DNA from: an uncultured Bacteriovoracaceae bacterium
GTDB taxonomy: Bacteria; Bdellovibrionota; Bacteriovoracia; Bacteriovoracales; Bacteriovoracaceae
Assembly (NCBI GenBank): GCA_964012805.1
Contig: CAXGUD010000009.1
Span: forward strand, 1-64,000
DNA length: 64,000 bases
Reading direction: 5' to 3'
Shown here one piece after another: positions 9,865 to 19,767 of this stretch. The notes beneath the pieces were generated by a model. It ran no database searches. It had not been told where the DNA came from and worked only from the letters and a program-made list of their open reading frames with translations. Every line of letters starts with the position of its first letter. Positions within the stretch are counted from its first letter, which is position 1. Position numbers and translations under genes: made by a program.

Positions 9865-11319
9865 ATGACAATAAAAAAGATCTTAACCAGTCTAATCGTT
9901 GGATTACTCATAACCCCAACTCTCTCCTGGTCGTTTTTACACTCCTTTGGAAACAGTGGTTTTTCTGGCAAAAATGGCAAAGAAGGTTATAAGGGTGAAA
10001 AAGGTAAAGATATTACTATAAGGGCGGAAGGACAAAATCAATTTTTAGACCTGTCTGGAAAAAATGGAAATAATGGTGGACATGGTACCTTAGGTGAAAA
10101 TGCTAGGTGGTGTAATCAAACAACACCAGACCATAACCTTGAAGGAGCTCATGGTGGTGATGGCGGCGATGGTGGTGATGGAGGCGATGGTGGCGATGGT
10201 GGAAATACGACCATCTATTACACAAATCCAGGCGACCTTAGAGGAATTGTCGTGGATAGCTCACCAGGACAAGGAGGCCTAGGTGGTTTTGGTGCTGAAG
10301 GTGGATATGGCTGTGAATGCGAAACTTATGAATGGTCCAAATTTGTTACAGAAACAGATACAAAATGGGTAACCAAAAATATTTGTGATGAAAGCAATAA
10401 CTGTACTGAAAAAAGAGAACTTGTTCCCTTTAAGAGAGATGTTAGAAAAACCTATTCATGTGAAGATGGTCAAATGGGTCGCAGAGGAAAAGATGGTAAA
10501 AATGGTTATAGAGGCGTCTTAGGAAAAGTTAAGCTCATTCAAAAACAAACACCACTTGAAAAAGTTTATCCTAATGTCAACGAAAAGCTTTCCAAATTAA
10601 CGAGAGGACCCATTTTATTATCTCGTCATTTATGGGAAATAAAAACAGGAATTCATTCTATTCTAGGAGCAGGAAGCCAGGCAGATGACTACTATAGTGA
10701 ATGGATTGGTCTTTATGAAAGATCTTTTTCTATTATTTGGAATGTTTCAAATAAATCAATCAATCCATATGGACATGTAAATGTAAATCTTAACCTTGAT
10801 TCTACTAAAAATATCAAAATTAAATTTCCTTATAACTTTTGGCCTAGGTACATAACTAAAAATGATAGAGGACAAGAGACGATTGAAATTTACAACGTCA
10901 TGTTTAAGTCTGAAGCTGAAAAAATTAAGCCAACTAACCTTCAAGTTGAAGGGAAAAATACTTACCTCATCATAAAAGACCAGAGTCCTCAAAATAATGG
11001 TTTAAAAACGAGGTTTTATATTTCTGCAGCTTGGACCAGAACAGATGGTAGAGGAAGAGGAGCTTTAAAAAGGTTCAAAGATTATGTTCCGTCACACCTT
11101 ATTGAAAAAAACGGAGGTCAATATAAAATCAAACTTGGGAGTCTTCCAATTAAAAATAAGTATTTTAAAAAGAGATGGCTTGTAGGTCATTATCCAGTCA
11201 AATTAAATTTAACCATTGAAAGAACATTTGGACTTTATTCAACAAAAATTGGTACGTTTAAGATCAAGAAAAAGGCCAAAAGAGGTATTTCTATCAAAAA
11301 GGAAAAGCTCGAAATTTAA
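9865..11319 (+). CDS. Secreted Gly-rich/collagen-like protein
   Basis: Signal peptide, G-x-x repeats (GKNGKEGYKGEKG, (GGD)5, GRRGKDGKNG), Cys-containing insert, beta-rich C-terminal domain. Confidence 0.7.
   Translation: MTIKKILTSLIVGLLITPTLSWSFLHSFGNSGFSGKNGKEGYKGEKGKDITIRAEGQNQFLDLSGKNGNNGGHGTLGENARWCNQTTPDHNLEGAHGGDGGDGGDGGDGGDGGNTTIYYTNPGDLRGIVVDSSPGQGGLGGFGAEGGYGCECETYEWSKFVTETDTKWVTKNICDESNNCTEKRELVPFKRDVRKTYSCEDGQMGRRGKDGKNGYRGVLGKVKLIQKQTPLEKVYPNVNEKLSKLTRGPILLSRHLWEIKTGIHSILGAGSQADDYYSEWIGLYERSFSIIWNVSNKSINPYGHVNVNLNLDSTKNIKIKFPYNFWPRYITKNDRGQETIEIYNVMFKSEAEKIKPTNLQVEGKNTYLIIKDQSPQNNGLKTRFYISAAWTRTDGRGRGALKRFKDYVPSHLIEKNGGQYKIKLGSLPIKNKYFKKRWLVGHYPVKLNLTIERTFGLYSTKIGTFKIKKKAKRGISIKKEKLEI
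10153..10197 (+). repeat. Five degenerate 9-bp repeats encoding (GGD)5
   Basis: ggtggtgat ggcggcgat ggtggtgat ggaggcgat ggtggcgat. Confidence 0.9.
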
Positions 11320-11353
11320 TTTAAAAATTGAGTTAAAATGAATTGAACTATTC

Positions 11354-12082
11354 TTAAGCTAATTTTTCCCAATCAGTGTTTTCTAAAAAAACTCTAAGTT
11401 GAGTTGCATTTTTAAACTTTTTCTTAATTAAAGATTTTTTCAAACCGCAACAAATTGATTTTATAATAGAAGGGCCCTCCGAGTACCTTTTTCGTCCCCC
11501 AACTGATTCATACAAGACCATACAAAGACCTGTCATATCCTCCTGGAAATTTCCTTTTTCTCCTGGGCCAAATTTGAAAATATCAATTAATTTTAAGATA
11601 TATTTTCTCCCAACCTTCTGGATAATAATATTGTCGGTATGCACATCCCCGTGCCACTCCTTATTTATATGAATTTCTTCCACTGCCATAACAAGTGAAT
11701 AAAATAGATGGAGTGCTTGGTAATAATGCATACCTTTAGGGTGAGTTCTCTTCAAATAGGATGATAATGTTTCTCCTTCAACGAAGTCAGAAATCAGATA
11801 GGTCACATTTTGACCTTTGTATCTAAATTTTTCCTTTGAAATATATTTAATAAGAGAGTGACAATTCCTAAGCTTATGCAGCTTTTTAGCATAATGGAAA
11901 ACAGTTCTATTATTTGGGTTTCTTTCGGGATAAAAAAACTTTGCGGCCCTTTCAATATCTGTATCTAGTTCTTTAACAAGATAAACCTCTCCTTCCCAAC
12001 CTTCGCCAAGTTTTTCAATAACCTCATATTTGTCTGATAGGACATTGTCCTCACTAAAATCAAAGTAAAAATCTTTTTTCAT
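11354..12082 (-). CDS. Short Ser/Thr protein kinase-like protein
   Basis: Gly-loop LGEGWEGEVY, AAK, catalytic loop HGDVHTDNII, LIDIF (DFG-equivalent). Confidence 0.8.
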   Translation of the reverse strand: MKKDFYFDFSEDNVLSDKYEVIEKLGEGWEGEVYLVKELDTDIERAAKFFYPERNPNNRTVFHYAKKLHKLRNCHSLIKYISKEKFRYKGQNVTYLISDFVEGETLSSYLKRTHPKGMHYYQALHLFYSLVMAVEEIHINKEWHGDVHTDNIIIQKVGRKYILKLIDIFKFGPGEKGNFQEDMTGLCMVLYESVGGRKRYSEGPSIIKSICCGLKKSLIKKKFKNATQLRVFLENTDWEKLA

Positions 12083-12313
12083 AAACCATCGATCATAAAA
12101 TAAATCAAATATTAAAAGTTTATTCCCTGAACTAATTTATCGGTTTCTATAAAAAAACTAATTAGGAAAACATATCAATTTTGTCATTATTAATTTCCAT
12201 TAAGTTAAACAAAAAAATTTTACAAAACTAAAATAATAATTAGTTAAGTTCGATAAGTGTAACTATAATCGCATAAATAAACTTAGAGTAATTAGTGATG
12301 GGGGTAAACGAAT

Positions 12314-13930
12314 ATGAAAACTAAATCACTTTCAATACCTTTAATATTCATCCTTTTATTATATACATTTAAAGCCTATGGACTAGACCCTTCCCAAAAG
12401 AGATTAAAAAAAGAAAATCAGTGGAAAACTATAACAAATAAACATATGGGTAAGTCAGATAAGTCATTTTGTTCAAAAGATTTATATAAAGTAAACGCTC
12501 CTAAGCTGAGTCCTTTAATGAAAAAAATGATTAAAGATATATCTCCTTATGTAAATAAGGGAACCGTTGGGGCGTTTCGATGGTTCTCAGGAAGAAACTT
12601 TGCCTCAAGAAGAGTTTATAGAACAGGCGATGAAATATTTGAGTTAACAAAAGGATTGATTGAAAATGCCAAGCATGAGGTTTTGCTTCAAACTTATTTA
12701 TATGAAAAGAACTCATTAGGGGTTGTCAAATTAAGAGAAGGTATTGAAGCCCTAGAAGACCGTTTAAAAAAAGAAGAAAAACGTGGTAAAAAAATAAAAC
12801 CTGTCGTTGTAAAAATGCTGGTAGATAATCAAACCGGTATCGTTGGTGCTTTTTTATCAAAACAAGGATGGCTCTTCAAAGGTCTCAATAAAAAGAATCC
12901 TGATGGTCATGATGTCTATGGACTAGGATTCAAGAGAAAAATTGATAAAAAGTATGTTCGCTTCGAAGTTCAACTTTATAACCATAGTTTATTGGGAGCA
13001 AATCACTCTAAGTCATTTGTCATCGATAGAAGTGCTGGAGTTGTCATGGGCGCTAATCTTATGAAATATCATGATAAATTTAAAGAATGGGGAAATATTT
13101 CACCTGAGACAGATCATGGTTTCTTCGTTCTAGGAAGTATTGGGAAAGGTCTTGCAGAAGATTTTTATCATGCATGGAAAAAAGGTGATAAATACTTCAC
13201 AAATGATCCAGGAAATACAAAACCGAAGGAAGGTATGAATGAAATAAAAGGTATGAAGAGGTTCAAAATTCCAAAGGCCGTCCAAAAATGGTTTAGTGGA
13301 AAAATAATAGAAAAAGATGTGCCTATGGCCCTCTTAACAAAAAAATCAGTCAACGTCCCCTGGAAAAGATCATCAAACAACCCCCAAGATCAAGCGATGA
13401 TTTCTCTTTTTAAACATGCAAAAGAAAACATAAATTTTGTCACTCCTAATTTAAATGCTAAACCCATTATGAATGGATTGATGAGTGCTCTCAAAAGAGG
13501 TGTTAACGTCAATATGGTTATGAGTAAGAACTATCAGGATATTATATCAATGATGCCAGGAGTTGGCGGAACGAACTACAAAAACGTCAAAAAAATGATG
13601 AAGGAATTAAAAAAATTTAAAAGAAAAAACCCAAATAAAAAAGTTGGAAAATTTAATATGAGATGGTTTGTCGATAGGAAAGGAAGGTTAAGCAGACAGT
13701 TTGGTAAAACAAAGTCAAAGTTAGATAAATGGACCAGTCACACGAAGTACATGTCTGTAGACAATCAGGTAACAGTTGTAGGCTCGTCAAATATGGATAA
13801 TCAAAGCTGGTATTATTCAAGAGAGCTTAACATTGCTATCGATCATCATGAGATAACCAGAAAGTGGTGTAATAGTGTTTTTAGGACAGACTACTTTAGG
13901 GCAAAACCATTTGACCCTAAAGATAAGTAA
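12314..13930 (+). CDS. Secreted phospholipase D superfamily protein
   Basis: Signal peptide; two HKD motifs (HSKSFVID...MGAN; HTKYMSVD...VGSSNMD). Confidence 0.85.
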   Translation: MKTKSLSIPLIFILLLYTFKAYGLDPSQKRLKKENQWKTITNKHMGKSDKSFCSKDLYKVNAPKLSPLMKKMIKDISPYVNKGTVGAFRWFSGRNFASRRVYRTGDEIFELTKGLIENAKHEVLLQTYLYEKNSLGVVKLREGIEALEDRLKKEEKRGKKIKPVVVKMLVDNQTGIVGAFLSKQGWLFKGLNKKNPDGHDVYGLGFKRKIDKKYVRFEVQLYNHSLLGANHSKSFVIDRSAGVVMGANLMKYHDKFKEWGNISPETDHGFFVLGSIGKGLAEDFYHAWKKGDKYFTNDPGNTKPKEGMNEIKGMKRFKIPKAVQKWFSGKIIEKDVPMALLTKKSVNVPWKRSSNNPQDQAMISLFKHAKENINFVTPNLNAKPIMNGLMSALKRGVNVNMVMSKNYQDIISMMPGVGGTNYKNVKKMMKELKKFKRKNPNKKVGKFNMRWFVDRKGRLSRQFGKTKSKLDKWTSHTKYMSVDNQVTVVGSSNMDNQSWYYSRELNIAIDHHEITRKWCNSVFRTDYFRAKPFDPKDK

Positions 13931-13943
13931 CCTAAAAAAGCCC

Positions 13944-15434
13944 CTAATTTTTTAAAGGTATTTTATTTTCAGTAAGATCGGTAAAAGTTTTTGTTAAATC
14001 TTTACCTACCTCCTTTGGGTACCTTTTTCCGTAAATATAAAGAGATATAACTTTAAAGCTTTTACCCTCAAATGCTTCTCTTGCGATTACGTCCGGAGTA
14101 GTTGTAAACCGACCAACTCTTTTTCTTATATCAAATTTTACATTAGGAAAACTAAAGTGAATAACATCTGAGCAAATTATTTTATCTCCAAAATCAAAAT
14201 CGAAATTAAAATCATATTGTTTACCAACATGCCCTATCGCAATTAGGATTCTTTCCCTTAAAAACTTCTTATCCTTTTTACTTATTTTTCCTTTATAAAA
14301 AAGATCCTTATGTCTCATGATTGATACATCATCCAAATTTCTTAGAAAAAATGGAATTGTGGCCAACCTTACACCCGGTTTATCTGCCTCTAAAAAGGAG
14401 GCCCCCCCCCTTATCTTTTTGTGATAAGGCTTCATTTTAGGATGGTCCCAAATACCAATTTCTTTTAAATCCGATTCAGTACCTATCCATAATGCATTAT
14501 GGGTCCAAAAACCAGGGATCACATATGAAGAGACCTTGTGTCTAATTTTTGAATTCGCAACATCTAAGGGTCTAAGAATTGACTTTAAATGCCCTACAAT
14601 TTTTTTATTTTTCTTTAGTGTACCTTCTCTCCATTGATAGCCCAATACGGTATTACCGAGCGCCTTTGAAACTTTATCAAAAAAGTTATAACCTGCTTCT
14701 TTAGTCAAGTCAGAAGAATTCACTATCCTAACTTTAAACTCTTCGGATAATATTGTTATCTCATCGTAAAAACTATCATCTACAGATATTTCACCATCTT
14801 TATACTTAAAGGAAGATGAGATAATTTTATCTAAAAATTTTCCATCGCGATGCCTAAAGATAAAGGGCAATGACTTCTTGGCCTTATTATAAATAATTGA
14901 GGCTTTCTTTATCTTTTTCTTGATTTTCGCTTTCTTGTACATTTTTGTATAATGATTGAGTTCACCTCGACCTCTTTTAAAAACCTTATCACCCCGGTTG
15001 ATCATCCTTCGAAGTCTGGAGTATTTATTAATTCTTTTTAAAGTAAATCGGTAGTTTTCCTCCATCAAAATATAAGTTGTCATAAGAGTCATAAACTCTA
15101 ATAAAGATGGTATATTCTTAAGCCGAACAAACTTCTCTTCAGCATCTCTCATATCATTTGAGATCTCCTCTAATTCAGATTGAACGGCAAGGATCTTAGC
15201 TGTTGTTAGATTTATCTTTTCATACAAGTCAGCGTCAATTATTCCTTTTTTTCTAACAACCTTAATTGCTTTTTTATAAACATCTCTCCCGTCTTTTTTC
15301 ATTTTCCTTATTTCTGGTATTAAATTGTCTATTCTAAAAAGGCTTTTCTTATATGTGGACGAAAAATTTATTTTTTCTTTCGAAAAAGAAACACTTAAAT
15401 GCACAAAAGTGATAAGAAATAAAATTAATTTCAT
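13944..15434 (-). CDS. Secreted protein with C-terminal permuted papain-like (YiiX/YebB, NlpC/P60) domain
   Basis: IPGFWTHNALWIG (His) precedes YDFNFDF...IICSD (Cys); signal peptide from ATG 15434 (MKLILFLITF). Confidence 0.75.
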   Translation of the reverse strand: MKLILFLITFVHLSVSFSKEKINFSSTYKKSLFRIDNLIPEIRKMKKDGRDVYKKAIKVVRKKGIIDADLYEKINLTTAKILAVQSELEEISNDMRDAEEKFVRLKNIPSLLEFMTLMTTYILMEENYRFTLKRINKYSRLRRMINRGDKVFKRGRGELNHYTKMYKKAKIKKKIKKASIIYNKAKKSLPFIFRHRDGKFLDKIISSSFKYKDGEISVDDSFYDEITILSEEFKVRIVNSSDLTKEAGYNFFDKVSKALGNTVLGYQWREGTLKKNKKIVGHLKSILRPLDVANSKIRHKVSSYVIPGFWTHNALWIGTESDLKEIGIWDHPKMKPYHKKIRGGASFLEADKPGVRLATIPFFLRNLDDVSIMRHKDLFYKGKISKKDKKFLRERILIAIGHVGKQYDFNFDFDFGDKIICSDVIHFSFPNVKFDIRKRVGRFTTTPDVIAREAFEGKSFKVISLYIYGKRYPKEVGKDLTKTFTDLTENKIPLKN

Positions 15435-15768
15435 TGAGAATGCTCCCATTTTTACACTCATGTATTTTAACCTAGATTTAATTTTTATAATGAACAAAGG
15501 TTAATTTTTTATAATCAAATTTGATAAACAAATTTTATTATATATATTTTTTTAAAATATTTTTATTTATGTATAAAGAGATCATTAAAAATTTGCCTAA
15601 ATTAAAGGCCAATTTATTTTTAAGGTTTAGATTTTTTTATATATTTATTTTAAAGTTATAAAAAAATAATCACAAAAAAACCTTTTCTCAATTTGACTTT
15701 ATTTCAAATACAATTTCGACGATAATGCTATCGTATTTTAATCGATTTTAAAAAAAAGAATTAAAGTA

Positions 15769-18339
15769 ATGAACAAAGAAAAAAAGCCCCCAGAAAGTAA
15801 TCGGAGTATACCATTTCATAAAGGGATAAGATTCAAAGTAATTTTAGGGATTGTGAGCATTCTTATTTTTACACTAGTTCCCTTCGGTCTTTTTCAAATT
15901 CAAGACCAAGAAAAGCTTCTCATGGAAGCACTTAGAAATAAGTCAACCACAATTGTAAAAAGTGTTTCTTCTAATTCCCCAGAAGCGATTGAGAATTTTG
16001 ATGATTTAACTCTTCAAAATCTTGTATTCAAAGCGGAAAGTGACAAGGAAGTTGCTTATATCAATATTTTAAATACTGATCAAGAACTCATCGTGGAAGA
16101 TGATTTCACACAAGATGGGAATGTCGTAAAAAAGAAGAAAAAAATTGAAGCTGATAATGTCTTATCCATCAAGACAGATATCGTTAAAACAGTACAAGAA
16201 GGTGAGGAGCCTGAGGTTTTAGGACATGTAGAAGGTGGTTTTTATAAAGATACCGTTATTGAAAAAATTACCCAAAAGAAAATTATATTTTCAATAACAT
16301 TACTAATAATAAGCCTATCTATTGTTATTGTCATGTATCTCTTTTTATCTAGGAGTTATGTTACCCCCGTCTTGAAATTATCTGCGGCAGCCTCTAATTT
16401 AGAAAATGAAAAACTTGAGATTGAAACTAAAAAAAGTGATGAGCTTGGCAACCTAGGTCATATTTTCAAAGAAATGAGATCAACAGTTAACAATCAAAAA
16501 ATCATTCTGGAAAAACAAGTTGCAGAAAGAACTATTGAGTTAAATAAAGAAAAAGATAATGTAACTAAACTTTTGAATAATATGGCACAGGCTGTCTTTA
16601 AGGTTAATAAGAATAAAGAAATATTGGCCCCAATCTCAGCTTATGCTAAAAATTTATTCGGTGATGATATAGAAGGAAAGAATATATTTCAAATTTTATA
16701 CACATCTATAGATCACCATAGTGTCCAATTTTCACAAATGAATTCTGCTTACTCAATCCTTTTTGGAGCTGATGAAATACAGTGGTTTGCATCCGATGGT
16801 CTCCTTCCTGAAAAGGTTGAAATAGAGATAAAAGGCGATTCTAAAATCTTAAAAGTCTTGCATGAGCCTATATACGACGATGCTGATGAAGTTGAATTTA
16901 TTCTTTACGTTATTGAAGACATCACTGAAAGAGTTAAATCAGAAAAAAAGCTTGCTCAAAAGAATGAACAGATGAAAATTGTTCATGAGGAGCTTAGTTT
17001 TGGATCAAGAAAGGATTTGACAACTGTTCTATTGGATTTTTTAGATCTTTTACAAAAGTCTTTTGATATTATTTACAGACTAAAAGAAAGCAAATCTCCA
17101 AAGCAAGAACTTAATGAATTATTCCGCTACCTTCATACAATAAAGGGCGGCTCTGCAGCCCTTAAAGGTATCGGTGGTAAGGCCCACGATGTTGAAAGTA
17201 TTGTGACTACATTAGTTAAAGGAGAGCTTCCTCTTGATAGTGAATTAATAAAGGACTTGCTGAAAAGTTCCCATGAACTTAAAGGACTTATGTTAAAATA
17301 TATTAAAGTTGCTATACAGGAATTGAAGATAAATATTCAACTTACAGATAATATTTTTGGAAATTTAGGTAACATTAATTCAAGCTTAGAAAGTATTATT
17401 TTAAACTTTAAAAAAGAGATTAAGGAATCAAGCCGCCTAATTGAAAAGCTTGCCTCTATTTCTTACATCTTTTCTTCAGTTGATGAAATAAATATTTCAA
17501 ACCAACTTAATGACCTTATAAAAAGAGTTCAGACAAATAAAGAAGAAGGAAGTCTTTACAGTGATAAGGTAAAAGCAGATATTCTTGATAAAGTTAGCTC
17601 TATTAGGAATAAAGCTAATCCCGTTATCGAAAGCCTCAAAAAACTCAAAGAAAGTGGTTTTAGTATAGAAGAATCTTCCATTCCAACAGAAAATATTCAT
17701 TGTTTGAGAAATGAAATTTTAAATCTTATTCAAAGCAAAAAAATATCACCTGAGGATATTGACAATATTTTTAACAAAGTAGAAGAGGGGGAGTCCATTT
17801 TAAAATTAATTAGATCTTTTGATAAAGTGGTCCAGGATACTTCTCAAAAACTAGGAAAAAAAGTTCAAATGGGTGTGGAAGGTAATGATTTACTGATAAA
17901 ACCTGGAACAGCGAAATGTCTTAGAGAGTCCTTAATCCATATTGTGAGAAATTCTGTCGATCATGGTATAGAAGTTCCGGAAGTAAGAAGTTCTCATGGC
18001 AAAAAAGAAATAGGGTCACTTAAAATATCTTTTCAAAACCATGATGAAGAAATTACTTTAAATATTGAAGATGATGGTGGAGGAATTGATGGGCAAAAAC
18101 TATTTTCCAAAGCCATTGAAACAGGGTCTATACAAAACAAAGTTATGAGCGAAGAAGAAAAGTTAGACCTTCTCTTTCTCCCCTCATTAAGTACCAAAGA
18201 AGATATTACTGACGTCAGTGGCAGAGGTGTTGGAATGGACGCAGTTAGATCAGGTTTAAACAACATGGGTGGAAAAATTTCTGTAAAGTCCAAAATTAAA
18301 GAAGGAACTACATTTACAATCACTCTTCCAAATAAATAA
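15769..18339 (+). CDS. Membrane-bound CheA-like histidine kinase (TM-HAMP-PAS-like-Hpt-HATPase, no CheW domain)
   Basis: Two TMs, HAMP (DELGNL), Hpt LFRYLHTIKG, HIVRNSVDHGIE, DDGGGID, SGRGVGMD; protein ends right after GTTFTITLP. Confidence 0.85.
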   Translation: MNKEKKPPESNRSIPFHKGIRFKVILGIVSILIFTLVPFGLFQIQDQEKLLMEALRNKSTTIVKSVSSNSPEAIENFDDLTLQNLVFKAESDKEVAYINILNTDQELIVEDDFTQDGNVVKKKKKIEADNVLSIKTDIVKTVQEGEEPEVLGHVEGGFYKDTVIEKITQKKIIFSITLLIISLSIVIVMYLFLSRSYVTPVLKLSAAASNLENEKLEIETKKSDELGNLGHIFKEMRSTVNNQKIILEKQVAERTIELNKEKDNVTKLLNNMAQAVFKVNKNKEILAPISAYAKNLFGDDIEGKNIFQILYTSIDHHSVQFSQMNSAYSILFGADEIQWFASDGLLPEKVEIEIKGDSKILKVLHEPIYDDADEVEFILYVIEDITERVKSEKKLAQKNEQMKIVHEELSFGSRKDLTTVLLDFLDLLQKSFDIIYRLKESKSPKQELNELFRYLHTIKGGSAALKGIGGKAHDVESIVTTLVKGELPLDSELIKDLLKSSHELKGLMLKYIKVAIQELKINIQLTDNIFGNLGNINSSLESIILNFKKEIKESSRLIEKLASISYIFSSVDEINISNQLNDLIKRVQTNKEEGSLYSDKVKADILDKVSSIRNKANPVIESLKKLKESGFSIEESSIPTENIHCLRNEILNLIQSKKISPEDIDNIFNKVEEGESILKLIRSFDKVVQDTSQKLGKKVQMGVEGNDLLIKPGTAKCLRESLIHIVRNSVDHGIEVPEVRSSHGKKEIGSLKISFQNHDEEITLNIEDDGGGIDGQKLFSKAIETGSIQNKVMSEEEKLDLLFLPSLSTKEDITDVSGRGVGMDAVRSGLNNMGGKISVKSKIKEGTTFTITLPNK

Positions 18340-18352
18340 AGGGAGCCTTAAA

Positions 18353-18736
18353 ATGGAAAAAGTTTTACTTATTGATGACACTAAATCTTATAGAGATAAA
18401 ATGGGGGGGGTTTTAAGAGAAAATGGTCTAGAGGTAGTCGAAGCCTCTTCAGGTGAAGAAGCCTTGGAAAAGCTGGCCAAAGAAGGTGATTCTTTTAATT
18501 TGATTGTAAGTGACCTTCATATGGAAAAACTTAGTGGCCTCGACCTTGCTAAAATCATTAAAAAAGATGGGATTACTGAAGTACCTATTATGATGGTTAC
18601 TACTGAAACAGATGATAAATTGAGAGAAGAAGGTGTGCAAGCGGGAGTTAGGATTTGGCTTATAAAACCTGTTGGAGATCAGAAGTTTTTAAAAACCGTT
18701 CAAATGTTACTTAAGGCCTCAAAGAAAAAAGGTTAA
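18353..18736 (+). CDS. CheY-like single-domain response regulator
   Basis: LLIDD, VSDLHM, MVTTE, IKP; GGGAG RBS; 13 bp after the kinase. Confidence 0.9.
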   Translation: MEKVLLIDDTKSYRDKMGGVLRENGLEVVEASSGEEALEKLAKEGDSFNLIVSDLHMEKLSGLDLAKIIKKDGITEVPIMMVTTETDDKLREEGVQAGVRIWLIKPVGDQKFLKTVQMLLKASKKKG

Positions 18737-18761
18737 GGTTTCTAGTTAATTATAGTCTAAC

Positions 18762-19322
18762 TTAATTTTTTCTATTCTCTCTATAACTTATTCTATAAAG
18801 GACATGCCTACTTAAAGGGCTTTTCCTCTCAACATTAGGGTGATCAAAGTCTCCATTTTTATCTCTTTGCATACCAATTTTTTCCATTAATCCTATTGAT
18901 GGACCATTTATTTTTGAGGTAAAGGAAACAACCTCTTTAAGCATTAAGGAGTAAAAAGCATAGTCTAAAATTGATATAGCCCCTTCAAACCCTAGCCCCT
19001 GACGCCAAAAATTATTGTCTAACCGCCAACCTATTTCAACTGCAGGGGTAAAATGTTCTTTAAAATTAACGTTATTCACCCCCATTGTTCCCACGAACTT
19101 AGAGTTTTCTTTTAATTCTAGTGCCCAAAAAGAGTAGCCCTTTTTGTCGATTTGAGCCGAAGCTTTTTCAACAAAACTATCGCTTTCTTCCCTTGACAAT
19201 AATTTTGGAAAATACTTCATAACTTCAGGGTTAGAGTTCATCCTAAAAAAATAATTTAGGTCTTCTTTCAACCACTGCCTTATAATAAGCCTTTCAGTTT
19301 CTATATAGACTTTGGGCTTCAA
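18762..19322 (-). CDS. GNAT acetyltransferase, RimJ/RimL type
   Basis: ETERLIIRQW, VEIGWRL, WRQGLGFEGA, MEKIGM. Confidence 0.9.
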   Translation of the reverse strand: MKPKVYIETERLIIRQWLKEDLNYFFRMNSNPEVMKYFPKLLSREESDSFVEKASAQIDKKGYSFWALELKENSKFVGTMGVNNVNFKEHFTPAVEIGWRLDNNFWRQGLGFEGAISILDYAFYSLMLKEVVSFTSKINGPSIGLMEKIGMQRDKNGDFDHPNVERKSPLSRHVLYRISYRENRKN

Positions 19323-19427
19323 ATAAACCTCAAAAAAAGATTGACCAAATTTAAGTCATTTTAAGTTCTGACGAAAAGGTTTTTCTTAGGTTATTTTATT
19401 TTTAACTAAAAGGATACAGGGTTTAAG

Positions 19428-19680
19428 ATGTTTATTTTATGTATAATTTTTCCACCTCTTCGCTGCTCTTATAGCCGGAGGTCTCATGTCTGGAATTTTA
19501 AATTTCATCCTAACATTGCTTGGATGGATTCCAGGTATGATTCATGCCTTCATGGTTGTTAATAACAATAATGCCGAAAAAAGAAACCAAGAGCAGATTC
19601 AAGCAATAAAGGAACAAACAGCAGCTCTAAAACAGCGAGACCAAAGTAAAACCAAGGAGTTTCCTGACAAAAGTGAGTAA
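19428..19680 (+). pseudogene. YqaE/Pmp3 family small membrane protein split by a +1 frameshift
   Basis: ATG 19428 gives MFILCIIFPPL; the +1 frame from 19462 continues AALIAGGLMSGILNFILTLLGWIPGMIHAF; joined, these match the Pmp3 pattern IIFPPLA...NxxLTLLGWIPGxIHA. Confidence 0.75.
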
Positions 19681-19767
19681 AATAGGGTTTTGCTATAGAA
19701 TTTAGGATGCGTTTGAACCTATAAACATTTATAAGTAGGAGAACACAAAAAACTTCGCTTGTTATCA

